From assembly GCA_964555875.1 (NCBI GenBank), contig CAZKUD010000004.1:3580-67579 (forward strand): a stretch of DNA of 64,000 bases, read 5' to 3'. Shown here in pieces: positions 19,016 to 28,670 of this stretch. The position numbers were made by a program, and so were the translations under genes. Numbering within the stretch: position 1 is the first letter of the stretch; each line of letters starts with the position of its first letter. Origin of the DNA: an uncultured archaeon (GTDB lineage Archaea > Aenigmatarchaeota > Aenigmatarchaeia > QMZP01). A model generated the notes under the pieces. It searched no databases. It was not told the origin of the DNA and saw only the letters and a list, made by a program, of their open reading frames with translations.

Positions 19016-19101
19016 CGGCCAAATAATGAAGTATAATTTACCACTGAGGGGCGATAAGCATTTATACCCCATTGGTAAATAATAATGGAAAGTGTGATAA
19101 T

Positions 19102-19893
19102 ATGGTAGCAACAACTCACGTGCTGGACACGCTGAAAAGCATTGGTCTGAACCTCTATGAGAGGAAGATATTCGTAGCCCTGCTCGCAAAAGGCGTAGCA
19201 ACAGCAGCTGAGGTTTCAGAGATTGCGACCGTCCCCAGGTCAAGGAGCTATGACGTCCTGCAGTCGCTTGCTGAGAAAGGCTTCGTGCTGGTGCAGCCTT
19301 CAAAGCCAATAAAGTATGTGGCCCTGGCGCCCAAGGATGCGCTGGAGAGGACCAAGCAGATTCTCAGGAAGAATTATGACGAGGCAAAGGAGAGGATAGA
19401 AGGCCTTTCCAACTCGCCCATCCTGGGCGAACTCGAGGCCATACACAAGAAGGGCCTCAACATGGTGTCCCCGAACGAGATGACAGGCACCCTGAAGGGG
19501 AGGCACATAATCAACAGGCAGCTCAAGTCCATATTCAAGGAGGCCAGGGACAGCATAAGCATCTGCACCACAGGGACGGGCCTTAACGACCTTTATTCTA
19601 ACCATTTCAGGGTTCTCAAGAAGATATCCAAGAGCGGCGTGAAGCTGAAGATAGCGGCCCCGCTTTCCGACAACGGGGCAGTGAAGGCCTTCAGGGAGAT
19701 AGCCGACATAAAGAACCTGAAGAGGAACGCTGGCAGGTTCTGCGTCATAGACCGGAACCATGTGCTGGTCGCCCTGACCGACGACTCAAAGGTCCACGAC
19801 ACACAGGATGTCGCCTTCTGGGCGAACTCAGAGCACGCTGCCGGTGACCTCATGTCACCCTACTTCGACTTCCTCTGGAAGGGAGCCAAGTAA
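19102..19893 (+). CDS. TrmB family transcriptional regulator
   Basis: LKSIGLNLYE..., VPRSRSYDVLQSLAEKGF wHTH; C-terminal PLD-like effector domain. Confidence 0.9.
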   Translation: MVATTHVLDTLKSIGLNLYERKIFVALLAKGVATAAEVSEIATVPRSRSYDVLQSLAEKGFVLVQPSKPIKYVALAPKDALERTKQILRKNYDEAKERIEGLSNSPILGELEAIHKKGLNMVSPNEMTGTLKGRHIINRQLKSIFKEARDSISICTTGTGLNDLYSNHFRVLKKISKSGVKLKIAAPLSDNGAVKAFREIADIKNLKRNAGRFCVIDRNHVLVALTDDSKVHDTQDVAFWANSEHAAGDLMSPYFDFLWKGAK

Positions 19894-19932
19894 TTATAAC
19901 CTGATTCTTACAATAGCTTATTGGTGTTAGGC

Positions 19933-20544
19933 ATGCGTCTCATCATAGTAAGGCACGGCCAGACCGAATACAACGTCAAGAATATCGTACAGGGCCAGTC
20001 CGGCAACCCCCTGGACGAGACCGGCAGGGAGCAGGCCAGGAAGGCTGGGGAGCGGCTATCGGCAGAGAAGATAGACGTCGCCTACTCCAGCGACCTGAAC
20101 AGGGCCAGGATGACCTGCGAGGCCATAATGAAGCACCACCCGGGCATCCCTGTGCACTATGTGAAGGAGCTGAGGGAGATGGACATGGGCACGTTCGTGG
20201 ACGGACCCAAGGAGGCCTACAATCAGCACAAGAGGAAGTCAGGCCTCAGCAAGCTCGAATACAGGCCCCCGGGAGGAGAGAGCCACCGTGACATGAGGGA
20301 GCGTGTGATACCCTTCCTGGAAGGCATAAAGGAGGGGCACAGGGGCCAGACGGTCCTGATAGTGACCCATGGGGGAATCAAGCGCATACTGATGGGGGAG
20401 CTGATGGGCAAGACCGTGGAGGAATATTTCAAAGAGAAGTGGGGCAACACGTCTGTCAGCATAGTCAATGTCACAGGGAAGGGCCATGAGGTGATGGTCT
20501 ACAACTGCACCAAGCACCTGTCAGAGAAGCCGGGGCAGATGTGA
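19933..20544 (+). CDS. histidine phosphatase (phosphoglycerate mutase family)
   Basis: RHGQT, SSDLNRA, LRE, GGES, VTHGG. Confidence 0.92.
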   Translation: MRLIIVRHGQTEYNVKNIVQGQSGNPLDETGREQARKAGERLSAEKIDVAYSSDLNRARMTCEAIMKHHPGIPVHYVKELREMDMGTFVDGPKEAYNQHKRKSGLSKLEYRPPGGESHRDMRERVIPFLEGIKEGHRGQTVLIVTHGGIKRILMGELMGKTVEEYFKEKWGNTSVSIVNVTGKGHEVMVYNCTKHLSEKPGQM

Positions 20545-21423
20545 TCAGTACATGAAGCGGAATCCGGATTTCTCGAGTTCCGCGAACTCCTTCCACTTGC
20601 CGTCTATCTGTTCTTGCATCTTCTTGAGTGTGGCTTCGTTCACGTGCTTGAACCTGCCCTGTAGCCTGAGGTAGCTTTCTACCGGCTTCCTGGGCTCCGC
20701 CCTCTTGGTTATCCTGAACTTGCCGTCCTCTATCTCATAGAGGGCCCACATGCCTGTCTCGACGGCCAGCTTGCCGACGTCCACTGTCTTCTCTGTCCCG
20801 AACTTCCAGCCCGTCGGGCAGGGGCAGTGTATGTGCAGGAACGAGGGCTGCTTATCAAAGGCCTTCCTGACCTTGGCCATCAGGTCAGAGGGGTAGGCTA
20901 TCGAAGCTGAAGCGGCATAAGGTATCCTGTGGGCGGCCACTATCTCCAGGAGCTGCTTCTTGTACTGCTCCTTTCCCACCGTGGTCTTTCCCGGAGGGCT
21001 CGTGGTGGTCCAGGCCCCATACGGGGTCGCGCCTGACCTCTGGACGCCCGTGTTGGCATAGCATTCGTTGTCGACGCAGACCTGGGTGACCTTGTGGCCC
21101 CTCTCGAGCATGCCTGACAATGCCTGCAGGCCTATGTCGAACGTCCCTCCGTCGCCCGCTATCGCCAGGACCTTCCAGTCCTTGCCCATCTTCTTTATGG
21201 CTGCCTCTATCCCGCTGGCCACTGCCGAAACGCACTCGAATGCCGTGTGTATCCAGGGCACCTTCCAGGCCGTAAGGGGATAGACTGAAGTCGTGACCTC
21301 CAGGCAGGAGGTGGCTGTGGTCACTATCACCTTCTCAGGCGCCGCCCTGCCTATCAGGTTCATAGCGATGCCTATGCCGCATCCTGCGCACAGGGAGTGC
21401 CCGGACTCGATGAGCTGTGCCAT
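20545..21423 (-). CDS. porB: pyruvate/2-oxoacid:ferredoxin oxidoreductase beta subunit
   Basis: GHSLCAGCG, GDGGTFDIG TPP motif, DNECYANTG.QRS, PCPTGW. Confidence 0.92.
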   Translation of the reverse strand: MAQLIESGHSLCAGCGIGIAMNLIGRAAPEKVIVTTATSCLEVTTSVYPLTAWKVPWIHTAFECVSAVASGIEAAIKKMGKDWKVLAIAGDGGTFDIGLQALSGMLERGHKVTQVCVDNECYANTGVQRSGATPYGAWTTTSPPGKTTVGKEQYKKQLLEIVAAHRIPYAASASIAYPSDLMAKVRKAFDKQPSFLHIHCPCPTGWKFGTEKTVDVGKLAVETGMWALYEIEDGKFRITKRAEPRKPVESYLRLQGRFKHVNEATLKKMQEQIDGKWKEFAELEKSGFRFMY

Positions 21424-21520
21424 AACCCTATTTACCGGCCTCCTTTTATAAGCTTATTTCAGGGGGCTCTGGCTATTGCCGAGCCTGACGGCTGGGGAGT
21501 GAAAAATAAGAACTAGTTTC

Positions 21521-21573
21521 TTTGGTACAGTAGCTTTCTTGCAGAAGCGGCAGCTCTCGTAAAGAAAGCTACT
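21521..21573 (+). repeat. intergenic hairpin element (copy A)
   Basis: TTTGG leader, stem AGTAGCTTTCTT/AAGAAAGCTACT, core TTGCAGAAGC-GGCA-GCTCTCGTAAA 22/25 identical to 48433-48457. Confidence 0.65.
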
Positions 21574-21821
21574 CACTTCTTCTTCTCTTTCTTGAGCTCC
21601 TTCTGGGCCCTGAGCTCGTCCATCTCGAGCCAGACAACGAACAGGCCGACGATTATCAGGAAGATGGGTATGACGCCGGTGAGAACCACTATGAAGTTCT
21701 TCAGCCAGTCGATGCCGAAGGTGCCCAGCACTCCCATGATTGGGATGACCGAATCAACGAAGAGCCCCAAGCCGATTATTATCAGTATGAGCCCGATTAT
21801 TATCTTCAGCGCTGGATGCAT
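21573..21821 (-). CDS. small two-TM membrane protein
   Basis: Two hydrophobic helices, basic C-terminus, GAGGGT SD-like sequence upstream. Confidence 0.75.
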   Translation of the reverse strand: MHPALKIIIGLILIIIGLGLFVDSVIPIMGVLGTFGIDWLKNFIVVLTGVIPIFLIIVGLFVVWLEMDELRAQKELKKEKKK

Positions 21822-21929
21822 TTTACCCTCCTATCTATAAACTCTTCTTGGTGATTGTATTTAAAAGTTTTCTGGCTTAAAACACTTATTTAAGCAGGAT
21901 TCACAATAATTAGCTATTGGGTGAGGCGC

Positions 21930-22499
21930 ATGGTATACAAGCATATGGCAAGGCTCTGGAAGAGGCCAAAGGAAAGCGTTCCCCAGACCTGGAAGCAGAG
22001 GCTGATAGACTGGAGGAAGGAAGGCACGGTCACAAGGATAGAGAGGCCCACCAGGATAGACAGGGCCAGGAGGCTCGGCTACAAGGCAAAGCAGGGCTTC
22101 GTGATGGTAAGGGTGAAGATGCCCAAGGGGCTCAGGAAGAGGCCCAAGCCTTCCGGCGGCAGGAGGCCCAAGAGGGCAGGAAGGTACTTTTCCCTCGGGA
22201 AGTCCAAGAGATGGACGGCAGAGGAGAAGGCAGCCAGGAAGTTCGCCAACCTGGAGGTGCTCAATTCCTATTACGTCGGTGAGGACGGGTCCCAGCAGTG
22301 GTACGAGGTCATAATGGTCGACCCGAAGAACCCCTCTATAATAAAGGACAAGGACATAAGCTGGATAAGCGAGCACAGGGGCCGGGCATCAAGGGGCCTG
22401 ACCTCGGCAGGCAAGAAGGGAAGGGGACTGACGAAGAAGGGCATCGGAGCAGAGAAGGTCAGGCCTTCCCTGAAGGCGAAGAAGGGAAGGGGCAAGTGA
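21930..22499 (+). CDS. rpl15e: 50S ribosomal protein eL15
   Basis: [33 protein letters not shown]. Confidence 0.97.
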   Translation: MVYKHMARLWKRPKESVPQTWKQRLIDWRKEGTVTRIERPTRIDRARRLGYKAKQGFVMVRVKMPKGLRKRPKPSGGRRPKRAGRYFSLGKSKRWTAEEKAARKFANLEVLNSYYVGEDGSQQWYEVIMVDPKNPSIIKDKDISWISEHRGRASRGLTSAGKKGRGLTKKGIGAEKVRPSLKAKKGRGK

Positions 22500-22566
22500 G
22501 CGAAAGCAATCAGAGGGTAACGCCCCGGCTCTCAGCTTTATAAATGTGTTGCAACTAATTATATTC

Positions 22567-23097
22567 ATGGTGTTTGAAACCATTATCCAGAACATGCAGA
22601 CAATGGGCTTTTTCCAGTATCTGTTCCCATTCCTGCTTGCGCTGGCGATACTTTACGGCGTCATGACTGTCGCCCTGAAGGACAAGATGCCGAAGAACGC
22701 GATTGCTCTGATATCGCTGATACTCTCGTTCTTCGTGATGCTGTTCGTCAGCTCAAACCCTGGAATAGTAACATTCCTGATGAACATCTCTGGCTACTGG
22801 CTGGTGATAGGATCCGGAATACTGTTCCTTCTGGTTCTGCTGGGAATGTTCGGAATTAAAGCAGAGAAACTGATGGAAGGGGACTGGAGCAAGTGGATCC
22901 TGATACTTGTCATCGTTGCGATCGCGCTGGTGATCTTCTTCGGTGCAGGCGGGGAGGCCCTAGTCGGAGTGCCCTCAGGAGTATTCAGTTCTGAGCTGTG
23001 GACGATAGTGTTCTTTATCGTCATACTGGCTCTCGTGATGTTCGTGATGGGCAAAGAAGGCGGCTCTGGCGGAGGCGAGAAGCCGAAGCCAGCCTAA
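22567..23097 (+). CDS. multi-pass membrane protein
   Basis: About 5 TM helices; PFLL..AI.YG motif; followed by a T-rich tract. Confidence 0.75.
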   Translation: MVFETIIQNMQTMGFFQYLFPFLLALAILYGVMTVALKDKMPKNAIALISLILSFFVMLFVSSNPGIVTFLMNISGYWLVIGSGILFLLVLLGMFGIKAEKLMEGDWSKWILILVIVAIALVIFFGAGGEALVGVPSGVFSSELWTIVFFIVILALVMFVMGKEGGSGGGEKPKPA

Positions 23098-23103
23098 AGC
23101 CGG

Positions 23104-23125
23104 TTTTTGCTTTTTCTTTTGTTTT
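23104..23125 (+). terminator. oligo-T terminator
   Basis: TTTTTGCTTTTTCTTTTGTTTT immediately after the stop of 22567..23097. Confidence 0.55.
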
Positions 23126-23170
23126 CACCCTTTAGCCTCACGGCTGTCCAGGGAATCTTCCAGAAAGGGA

Positions 23171-24040
23171 TCAGGCCTGCTTCTCTTTCATCGTCTTGAT
23201 GGTCTCTGACAGGGACCTGAGGGACTGCATCATGGGGGTGAGGCTGTCCTTTATGGCGCGCTCCATCGCCTCTGTCCTCTCGCTGAGCTCCCCTATCGAT
23301 GACTTGTAGGATTCCATGCCGGCCTTTATCTCCTCTACGCCTGCCGAGCCTCCGCCCCTGCCTGCGCCTGGCTCCATGCCGGCCATCCTGGAGCTTATGG
23401 AATCGACCCTCTTTGACAGCTCAGCCAGCTGGGCCTCTATCGTCCTTATCCTTTCTTCCACTATGCTCTCCGCTATCTCTTCCATCTCTCCCCTTCCCAC
23501 ATGGCTCGCCTTCCTTCCGGGGGGAGGGGGCAGCGGCTCCATCTCCTCATCAAAGTCCTCGTCCTCTGGCGGCAGGGCGGAAGGCCTTCTGCCGGCAGGG
23601 GCCGGCGGCTGGGGCGCGCCTTCAGGCGGCCTCCATCCCCTCGAGGGGGGCTCCGGCTCTTCCCCCAAGACATCATCTCCCTCAGGAGGCGCGAACCTTC
23701 CCGGAGGGAACTCTGCCATCTCGAGCGAGCCCGGCCCAGGTGGCGGCTCCATCTCCTGCCCGGCCGGGGGCCTGGGCGCAGGCGCCCTTGGCGCCGGCTC
23801 CCTCTGGGGCTGCCTGGCGGGCGCTATGTCCGGGACTGCAGGGGTTCCTGTGACCGATTCCTTAAGCACGCCCTTCATGGCCTGGTCGACATCCTTCGGG
23901 CCGTAACCCTCTGCCCTGAGCGACCTCAGTATCTCGACCTCTGAAAGGCCCTGGGCAGAAAGCTCCCTAACCCTGTCCCCTGCTCCCGGCCTGCCTGGCG
24001 TGGACTTGGGCTTTTTCTTAAAAAGTGACAGACTTACCAT
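23171..24040 (-). CDS. Pro-rich protein with C-terminal coiled coil
   Basis: N-terminal helical domain (GLSEVEILRSLRAEGY), long Pro/Glu linker, EEIAESIVEE coiled coil. Confidence 0.75.
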   Translation of the reverse strand: MVSLSLFKKKPKSTPGRPGAGDRVRELSAQGLSEVEILRSLRAEGYGPKDVDQAMKGVLKESVTGTPAVPDIAPARQPQREPAPRAPAPRPPAGQEMEPPPGPGSLEMAEFPPGRFAPPEGDDVLGEEPEPPSRGWRPPEGAPQPPAPAGRRPSALPPEDEDFDEEMEPLPPPPGRKASHVGRGEMEEIAESIVEERIRTIEAQLAELSKRVDSISSRMAGMEPGAGRGGGSAGVEEIKAGMESYKSSIGELSERTEAMERAIKDSLTPMMQSLRSLSETIKTMKEKQA

Positions 24041-24082
24041 ACCTCTCCTAATAGAATATTTTGTATTCCTTTCTTATTAATG

Positions 24083-24505
24083 TTATTCGTTGATGCCCTT
24101 CTTCGACCAGTAGCCCTTGAGCCTCTTGTCAAGCATCCTCTCCACTTCCTCCTTCGTCATGAACTGGGACTTCAGGGGGCTGTATATCTCCAGGAGCGTC
24201 TCGAGCTCCTTTATCTTTGTCATGCTCACGGACTTCTTGAGCCTGTCCACTATGTCCTTTATGGTCCCCTCTATCTTTATTATCCTCTCGCTCTCGTCTA
24301 TTATACTCTTCTCCAGGACCTCCACCATGTTCTTGACCTGCTTGGTCTGCTCCATCAGGGCCTCCTCCAGCGTGGTTATCCTGGAGGTGGTGACGTCCGC
24401 CTTCTCCTCCAGTATCCTGAGCCTCCTCATGTTGGAGTTCGTGCGCTCCACCAGCTCCGTGAGTATCTCCCTGATGGTGAGTCTTGCTGGCGCTTTTTTC
24501 GGCAT
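24083..24505 (-). CDS. coiled-coil protein
   Basis: RRLRILEE, heptad repeats, C-terminal FMTKEEV; divergent from the secretion ATPase. Confidence 0.75.
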   Translation of the reverse strand: MPKKAPARLTIREILTELVERTNSNMRRLRILEEKADVTTSRITTLEEALMEQTKQVKNMVEVLEKSIIDESERIIKIEGTIKDIVDRLKKSVSMTKIKELETLLEIYSPLKSQFMTKEEVERMLDKRLKGYWSKKGINE

Positions 24506-24554
24506 ACCTGTTTTTTATTAAGTCGTCTGGGCATAAATATATACAGGGGTGCCT

Positions 24555-26816
24555 ATGGCTGCTTGTACCTGTCCTTATGAATATAATGAAGAACGGATGC
24601 AGATACGCTTCAACTGCATGGGCAGCGTCTACGGGTCTTCCATAGAGGACTTTGCCGAATGCATGTCGCATGCCATGGATGCCATCCTGGAGACCAAGAA
24701 GGTCCAGTCCATTGTTTTTGCCAGGGAGAGGGAATACGAGTACGATGCTGAGCAGGTCGGGATGCTGCTCGAGATAGCGCATGTCATAGAATACGTGATG
24801 AGGGAGAGGCTGGTGTCAAGGGCCCAGAAGATGTTCGTGAGGTGCAAGAAGTGCTACCCGGAGTGGCACGGGACCTTGAACCACATCGTTTTCGACCTGC
24901 TGAGGAAGGACCCGATAGGCGGCTACGTGCAGCTCACCAGGGAGATGAGGAAGCTCAAGTCAATGAAGTCCAGGGACAGGAGATGCCAGCTCTGCATCGG
25001 GAAGTACCTGGACGACGTCCTGGGGGTCGTAAAAGGCAAGCTCGAGGAGACCAGGATGATAAAGGAGGCCAGGCCGCATGTTATGGGCTACCATATCGGA
25101 GACAGGAGCCTCTACAGGCAGATTTTCATGCCCAGCACTAGGCCCAATTTCATGTTCACGCGCTTCATGGTCACCCCGCCTGAGGGAGGCAGGAGCGTCG
25201 ACAGGTACAAGGTCGGGGACGTCCAGATAGAGGTATACAAGCTCCCCCATGAGGCAGAGTACTTCTACCATGTGCTTCCGCCCGAGTTCAGGCTGCCTGA
25301 GGACCAGTATGCGGTGCTGGACGCCGCCAGAAGGTACATGGCGACCCACAGGCCGACGACTGCGGAGTTCATGAAGTCCGAGAGGATAAGGGACATATTC
25401 TTCAACATAGGCCGGGACACCATAAGGGACACGGCAGACTCGATGAAGGTGCACCTGACGTCCAAGCAGGTTGACCAGCTGGCCAACATACTGACCAGGT
25501 ACACGGCAGGGTTTGGCGTGCTGGAGATACTGCTGTCCGACGAGAAGCTCCAGGACATCTACCTGAACTCCCCCATAGAGAGCCAGCCCGTCCTGGTCTT
25601 CCACGGGGACTGGGGGGAGTGCAAGACCAACCTCATACCCACCAGGGAAGACGCCGAGGCCTGGGCGACAAGGCTGAGGATACAGTCAGGCAGGCCCCTG
25701 GACGAGGCCAACCCCGTGCTGGACGTTGACATATCTGTTCCCGGAGGGAAGGCCAGGTTCGCTGTTGTAACCAACAGCCTGTCCCCCGAGGGGCTGGGCT
25801 TCGCGATAAGGAGGCACAGGTACAGGCCCTGGACCCTGCCCCTGTTCATACAGAAGGATTTCCTGAGCCCGCTTTCCGCTGGACTGCTCTCCTTCCTGGT
25901 GGACGGGAACGCCGCCATGCTGGTGGCAGGCGGGAGGTCATCGGGCAAGACGTCGCTGCTCTCAGCATTGATGCTGGAGCTGCTCCCCAAGGTCAGGATA
26001 GTCACCATAGAGGACACCCTGGAATTGCCGGTCGAGCAGATGAGGAAAATGAAGTACAACATAGAGAGCCTCAAGTCCCGTTCCGTCATCACGAGGGTCG
26101 AGACAGAGATGCCTGCCGACGAGGCGCTCAGGACGTCCCTCAGGCTGGGAGATTCCGCCATGATAGTGGGGGAGATACGTAGCGTCGAGGCCAAGGCCCT
26201 CTGGGAGGCCATGAGGATAGGCGCCCTGTCTAACGTGGTGGCAGGCACCATACACGGGGAGAGCCCCTACGGGGTGTATGACAGGGTGGTGAACGACCTG
26301 GGCGTCCCGCCCACCTCCTTCAAGGCGACCGACATAGTCGTGATATGCAAGATGCTGAGGTCTGCCGACGGCCTGAAGAGGTACAGGAGGGTGACGGACA
26401 TAACAGAGGTCAGGAAGAAATGGGAGCATGACCCTGTTAGGGAAGGCGGCTTCATGGACCTCATGCAGTACTCCGGGAAGGAGGACAAGCTGAAGGGGAC
26501 CGATACCCTGGTTAACGGGGAGTCGGAGATACTCAACAGGATCTCGTCCTATGTGAAGGAATGGTCGGGCAACTGGGAGGCTGTCTGGGGGAACATACAG
26601 CTCAGGGCCAAGATAAAGGAGACCATGGCCCGACTTTCAACCGAGCTCAACCGGCCCGACATAGTGGAGGCCGAATGGGTCGTAAGCTCCAACAACAAGT
26701 ACCACCTGTTAGCAGAGAGGCTCAGGCAGGAGATAGGCTATTCTGACCCCAGGAGGGTGTACGAGGAATGGCTGAAGTGGTTCAAGGGGAGCATAAAGAA
26801 GGCGGCTTATGGCTGA
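24555..26816 (+). CDS. type II/IV secretion system (pilus assembly) ATPase, FlaI/TadA/VirB11 family
   Basis: Walker A GGRSSGKT, TIEDTLEL, LRLGD..IVGEIRS.EA, GTIHG; Cys-containing N-terminal extension. Confidence 0.92.
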   Translation: MAACTCPYEYNEERMQIRFNCMGSVYGSSIEDFAECMSHAMDAILETKKVQSIVFAREREYEYDAEQVGMLLEIAHVIEYVMRERLVSRAQKMFVRCKKCYPEWHGTLNHIVFDLLRKDPIGGYVQLTREMRKLKSMKSRDRRCQLCIGKYLDDVLGVVKGKLEETRMIKEARPHVMGYHIGDRSLYRQIFMPSTRPNFMFTRFMVTPPEGGRSVDRYKVGDVQIEVYKLPHEAEYFYHVLPPEFRLPEDQYAVLDAARRYMATHRPTTAEFMKSERIRDIFFNIGRDTIRDTADSMKVHLTSKQVDQLANILTRYTAGFGVLEILLSDEKLQDIYLNSPIESQPVLVFHGDWGECKTNLIPTREDAEAWATRLRIQSGRPLDEANPVLDVDISVPGGKARFAVVTNSLSPEGLGFAIRRHRYRPWTLPLFIQKDFLSPLSAGLLSFLVDGNAAMLVAGGRSSGKTSLLSALMLELLPKVRIVTIEDTLELPVEQMRKMKYNIESLKSRSVITRVETEMPADEALRTSLRLGDSAMIVGEIRSVEAKALWEAMRIGALSNVVAGTIHGESPYGVYDRVVNDLGVPPTSFKATDIVVICKMLRSADGLKRYRRVTDITEVRKKWEHDPVREGGFMDLMQYSGKEDKLKGTDTLVNGESEILNRISSYVKEWSGNWEAVWGNIQLRAKIKETMARLSTELNRPDIVEAEWVVSSNNKYHLLAERLRQEIGYSDPRRVYEEWLKWFKGSIKKAAYG

Positions 26817-26946
26817 AAAGAAGGACGGGAAGGAGGCCAAATCCACTTACATGTGCGCTGTTTGCGGGCACATATCGATAGGCAGGATACCTGTCAAGTG
26901 CCCTGGATGCGGCGCAGGAAAGGAGAACTTCCAGAAGGTAGCATGA
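26809..26946 (+). CDS. rubredoxin-like small protein (45 aa)
   Basis: Manual translation MAEKKDGKEAKSTYMCAVCGHISIGRIPVKCPGCGAGKENFQKVA; overlaps the ATPase stop and the NAD kinase start (ATGA). Confidence 0.8.
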   Translation: MAEKKDGKEAKSTYMCAVCGHISIGRIPVKCPGCGAGKENFQKVA

Positions 26947-27644
26947 AAGTCGCGGTGGTCAGCTGGAACAAAAGGCTCATAGAGAGGGAGCTGAAGAAGG
27001 CGGGCCTCACCATAACCGATAGCAAGCCTGATGTAGCGGTCTGCGTCGGCGGGGAGGGCACGTTCCTTTTCGGGGAACAGAAGTATCCGGGGGTCCCCAA
27101 GCTGCTCCTCTACCACCACTGCAGTGGCTGCAAGTCGCACGATTACGGGGACATCCTGAAGAAGCTGGAGGGAGGCATGTACAGCACAGGGGAGAAGGTG
27201 AAGATAGAGGGCGCAGTGAACGGGAAGAAGTCCAGGAAGCTGGTGGCCCTCAATGACATAAGCGTGCATTTCAGCCCCCCCTGCGCCCTGGGCATAAACG
27301 TATCGGTCAACGGGAGCCCGATAGCGCAGAACCTGATAGGCGACGGCGTGGTGGTCTCGACGCCATACGGCTCAACAGCCTACTTCCATTCCATAACCCG
27401 CAAGGATTTCAAGAACGGGATAGGGATAGCCTTCAACAACCCCGTCAGTAGGACCGGCAGCGTGGTGGTCCCTGAGACCTCCGTGATAGACGTGGAGGTG
27501 ATGAAGGGCGAGGGCTACATGTCAGCAGACTGCAACAGGAAGGTCTTCCCCCTGAAGAAGGGCGACAGGGTCACGGTAAGAAGGTTCCCTGAGCCCGCCA
27601 GGATAATCAGGCTGAAGGGCCACGAAGAGAAGATAGAGCTCTGA
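26943..27644 (+). CDS. NAD kinase
   Basis: VGGEGTFL (GGDG variant), ALND, GDGVVVSTPYGSTAY. Confidence 0.85.
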   Translation: MKVAVVSWNKRLIERELKKAGLTITDSKPDVAVCVGGEGTFLFGEQKYPGVPKLLLYHHCSGCKSHDYGDILKKLEGGMYSTGEKVKIEGAVNGKKSRKLVALNDISVHFSPPCALGINVSVNGSPIAQNLIGDGVVVSTPYGSTAYFHSITRKDFKNGIGIAFNNPVSRTGSVVVPETSVIDVEVMKGEGYMSADCNRKVFPLKKGDRVTVRRFPEPARIIRLKGHEEKIEL

Positions 27645-27692
27645 GCAACCGGCCTCAGCAAGCCTTAAGAATTCTCCTTCTCTACTTCATTT

Positions 27693-28670
27693 ATGTACAG
27701 GTGCAGGAACTTCAGGATGCTGCTGCCTGACTCTGAAGAGGTCAGGCTGTACGGGAGCCAGGACATAGTGATAGAGGAGGGCCGGCCCATGGCCAGGACC
27801 GTCCAGGACGTCGACCTCTACATGAGGATGGAAGAGGCCTGGTGCAGGCTGTTCAGGGATGCTGTTAAAAACGACAGGAACCTCTTCGCAGGCCCCCAGT
27901 ACAGGCTCAGCTCATACGGACTGTTGCCTGATGGAAAGCTCCTGCTCAGGCTCGGGCCGACAGACTACAGGGAGTTCGTGGGAACCAACATGGAAGCAGG
28001 CAAGGATCCTGAGTATATGAAGGCTCTCATTGAGAGAGGCATGCTGAGACTGCAAGATGAGAACGCGTTCTTTTCCAATACCATGGCAATATGCTCTGCC
28101 ATAGAGACATCAGACGGGAAGGTGGTTGCCGGCCTGAGGGGGGACAGGACGCGTGTGGCAGAGTACGGAAGGGCATGGCACACCATAGGGGGGCACCCGA
28201 ACCCTTCCCGTTTTGCTCCCACAAGGGCAGACCTCATCGATGCAATGACAAGGGAGATAACAGGCGAACTTCTGATAGAGGAGGAGGACATAACAGATAT
28301 CAGGGCTGCCGGCCTGGTCAGGAACGGATACACAAGGAAGCCTGAGCTGCTATTCACATCCAGGATAGGCCTTCCTTTCAGCGCCATAAAGGAGAGCAGG
28401 ATAGCTGACGGAAAGGACGAGCACTTCATGTTCTTCGGCCTGGACGGGCCAGAGGAGCTTGCTGACTTCCTCAGGAAGAACCAGGCCAACTTCACGTTCC
28501 CGGAGGGCGCAAGGCTGACGGACGAGGAAAGGGCCATAATGACGCCGGATGGCCTCGCAGACAACACGAGCAACCACTTCTGCCCCCCGGGGGAGGCGTG
28601 CTGGACTGTATATCTCATGCAGAAGGGTATGGACATACGAAGGGAACTCCCTCACCTGGAGCCTGTCTGA
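27693..28670 (+). CDS. Nudix-fold protein (NUDT22-like)
   Basis: LRLGPTDYREFVGTN, ETSDG, GGHP, degenerate Nudix box REITGEL, KPEL. Confidence 0.65.
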   Translation: MYRCRNFRMLLPDSEEVRLYGSQDIVIEEGRPMARTVQDVDLYMRMEEAWCRLFRDAVKNDRNLFAGPQYRLSSYGLLPDGKLLLRLGPTDYREFVGTNMEAGKDPEYMKALIERGMLRLQDENAFFSNTMAICSAIETSDGKVVAGLRGDRTRVAEYGRAWHTIGGHPNPSRFAPTRADLIDAMTREITGELLIEEEDITDIRAAGLVRNGYTRKPELLFTSRIGLPFSAIKESRIADGKDEHFMFFGLDGPEELADFLRKNQANFTFPEGARLTDEERAIMTPDGLADNTSNHFCPPGEACWTVYLMQKGMDIRRELPHLEPV

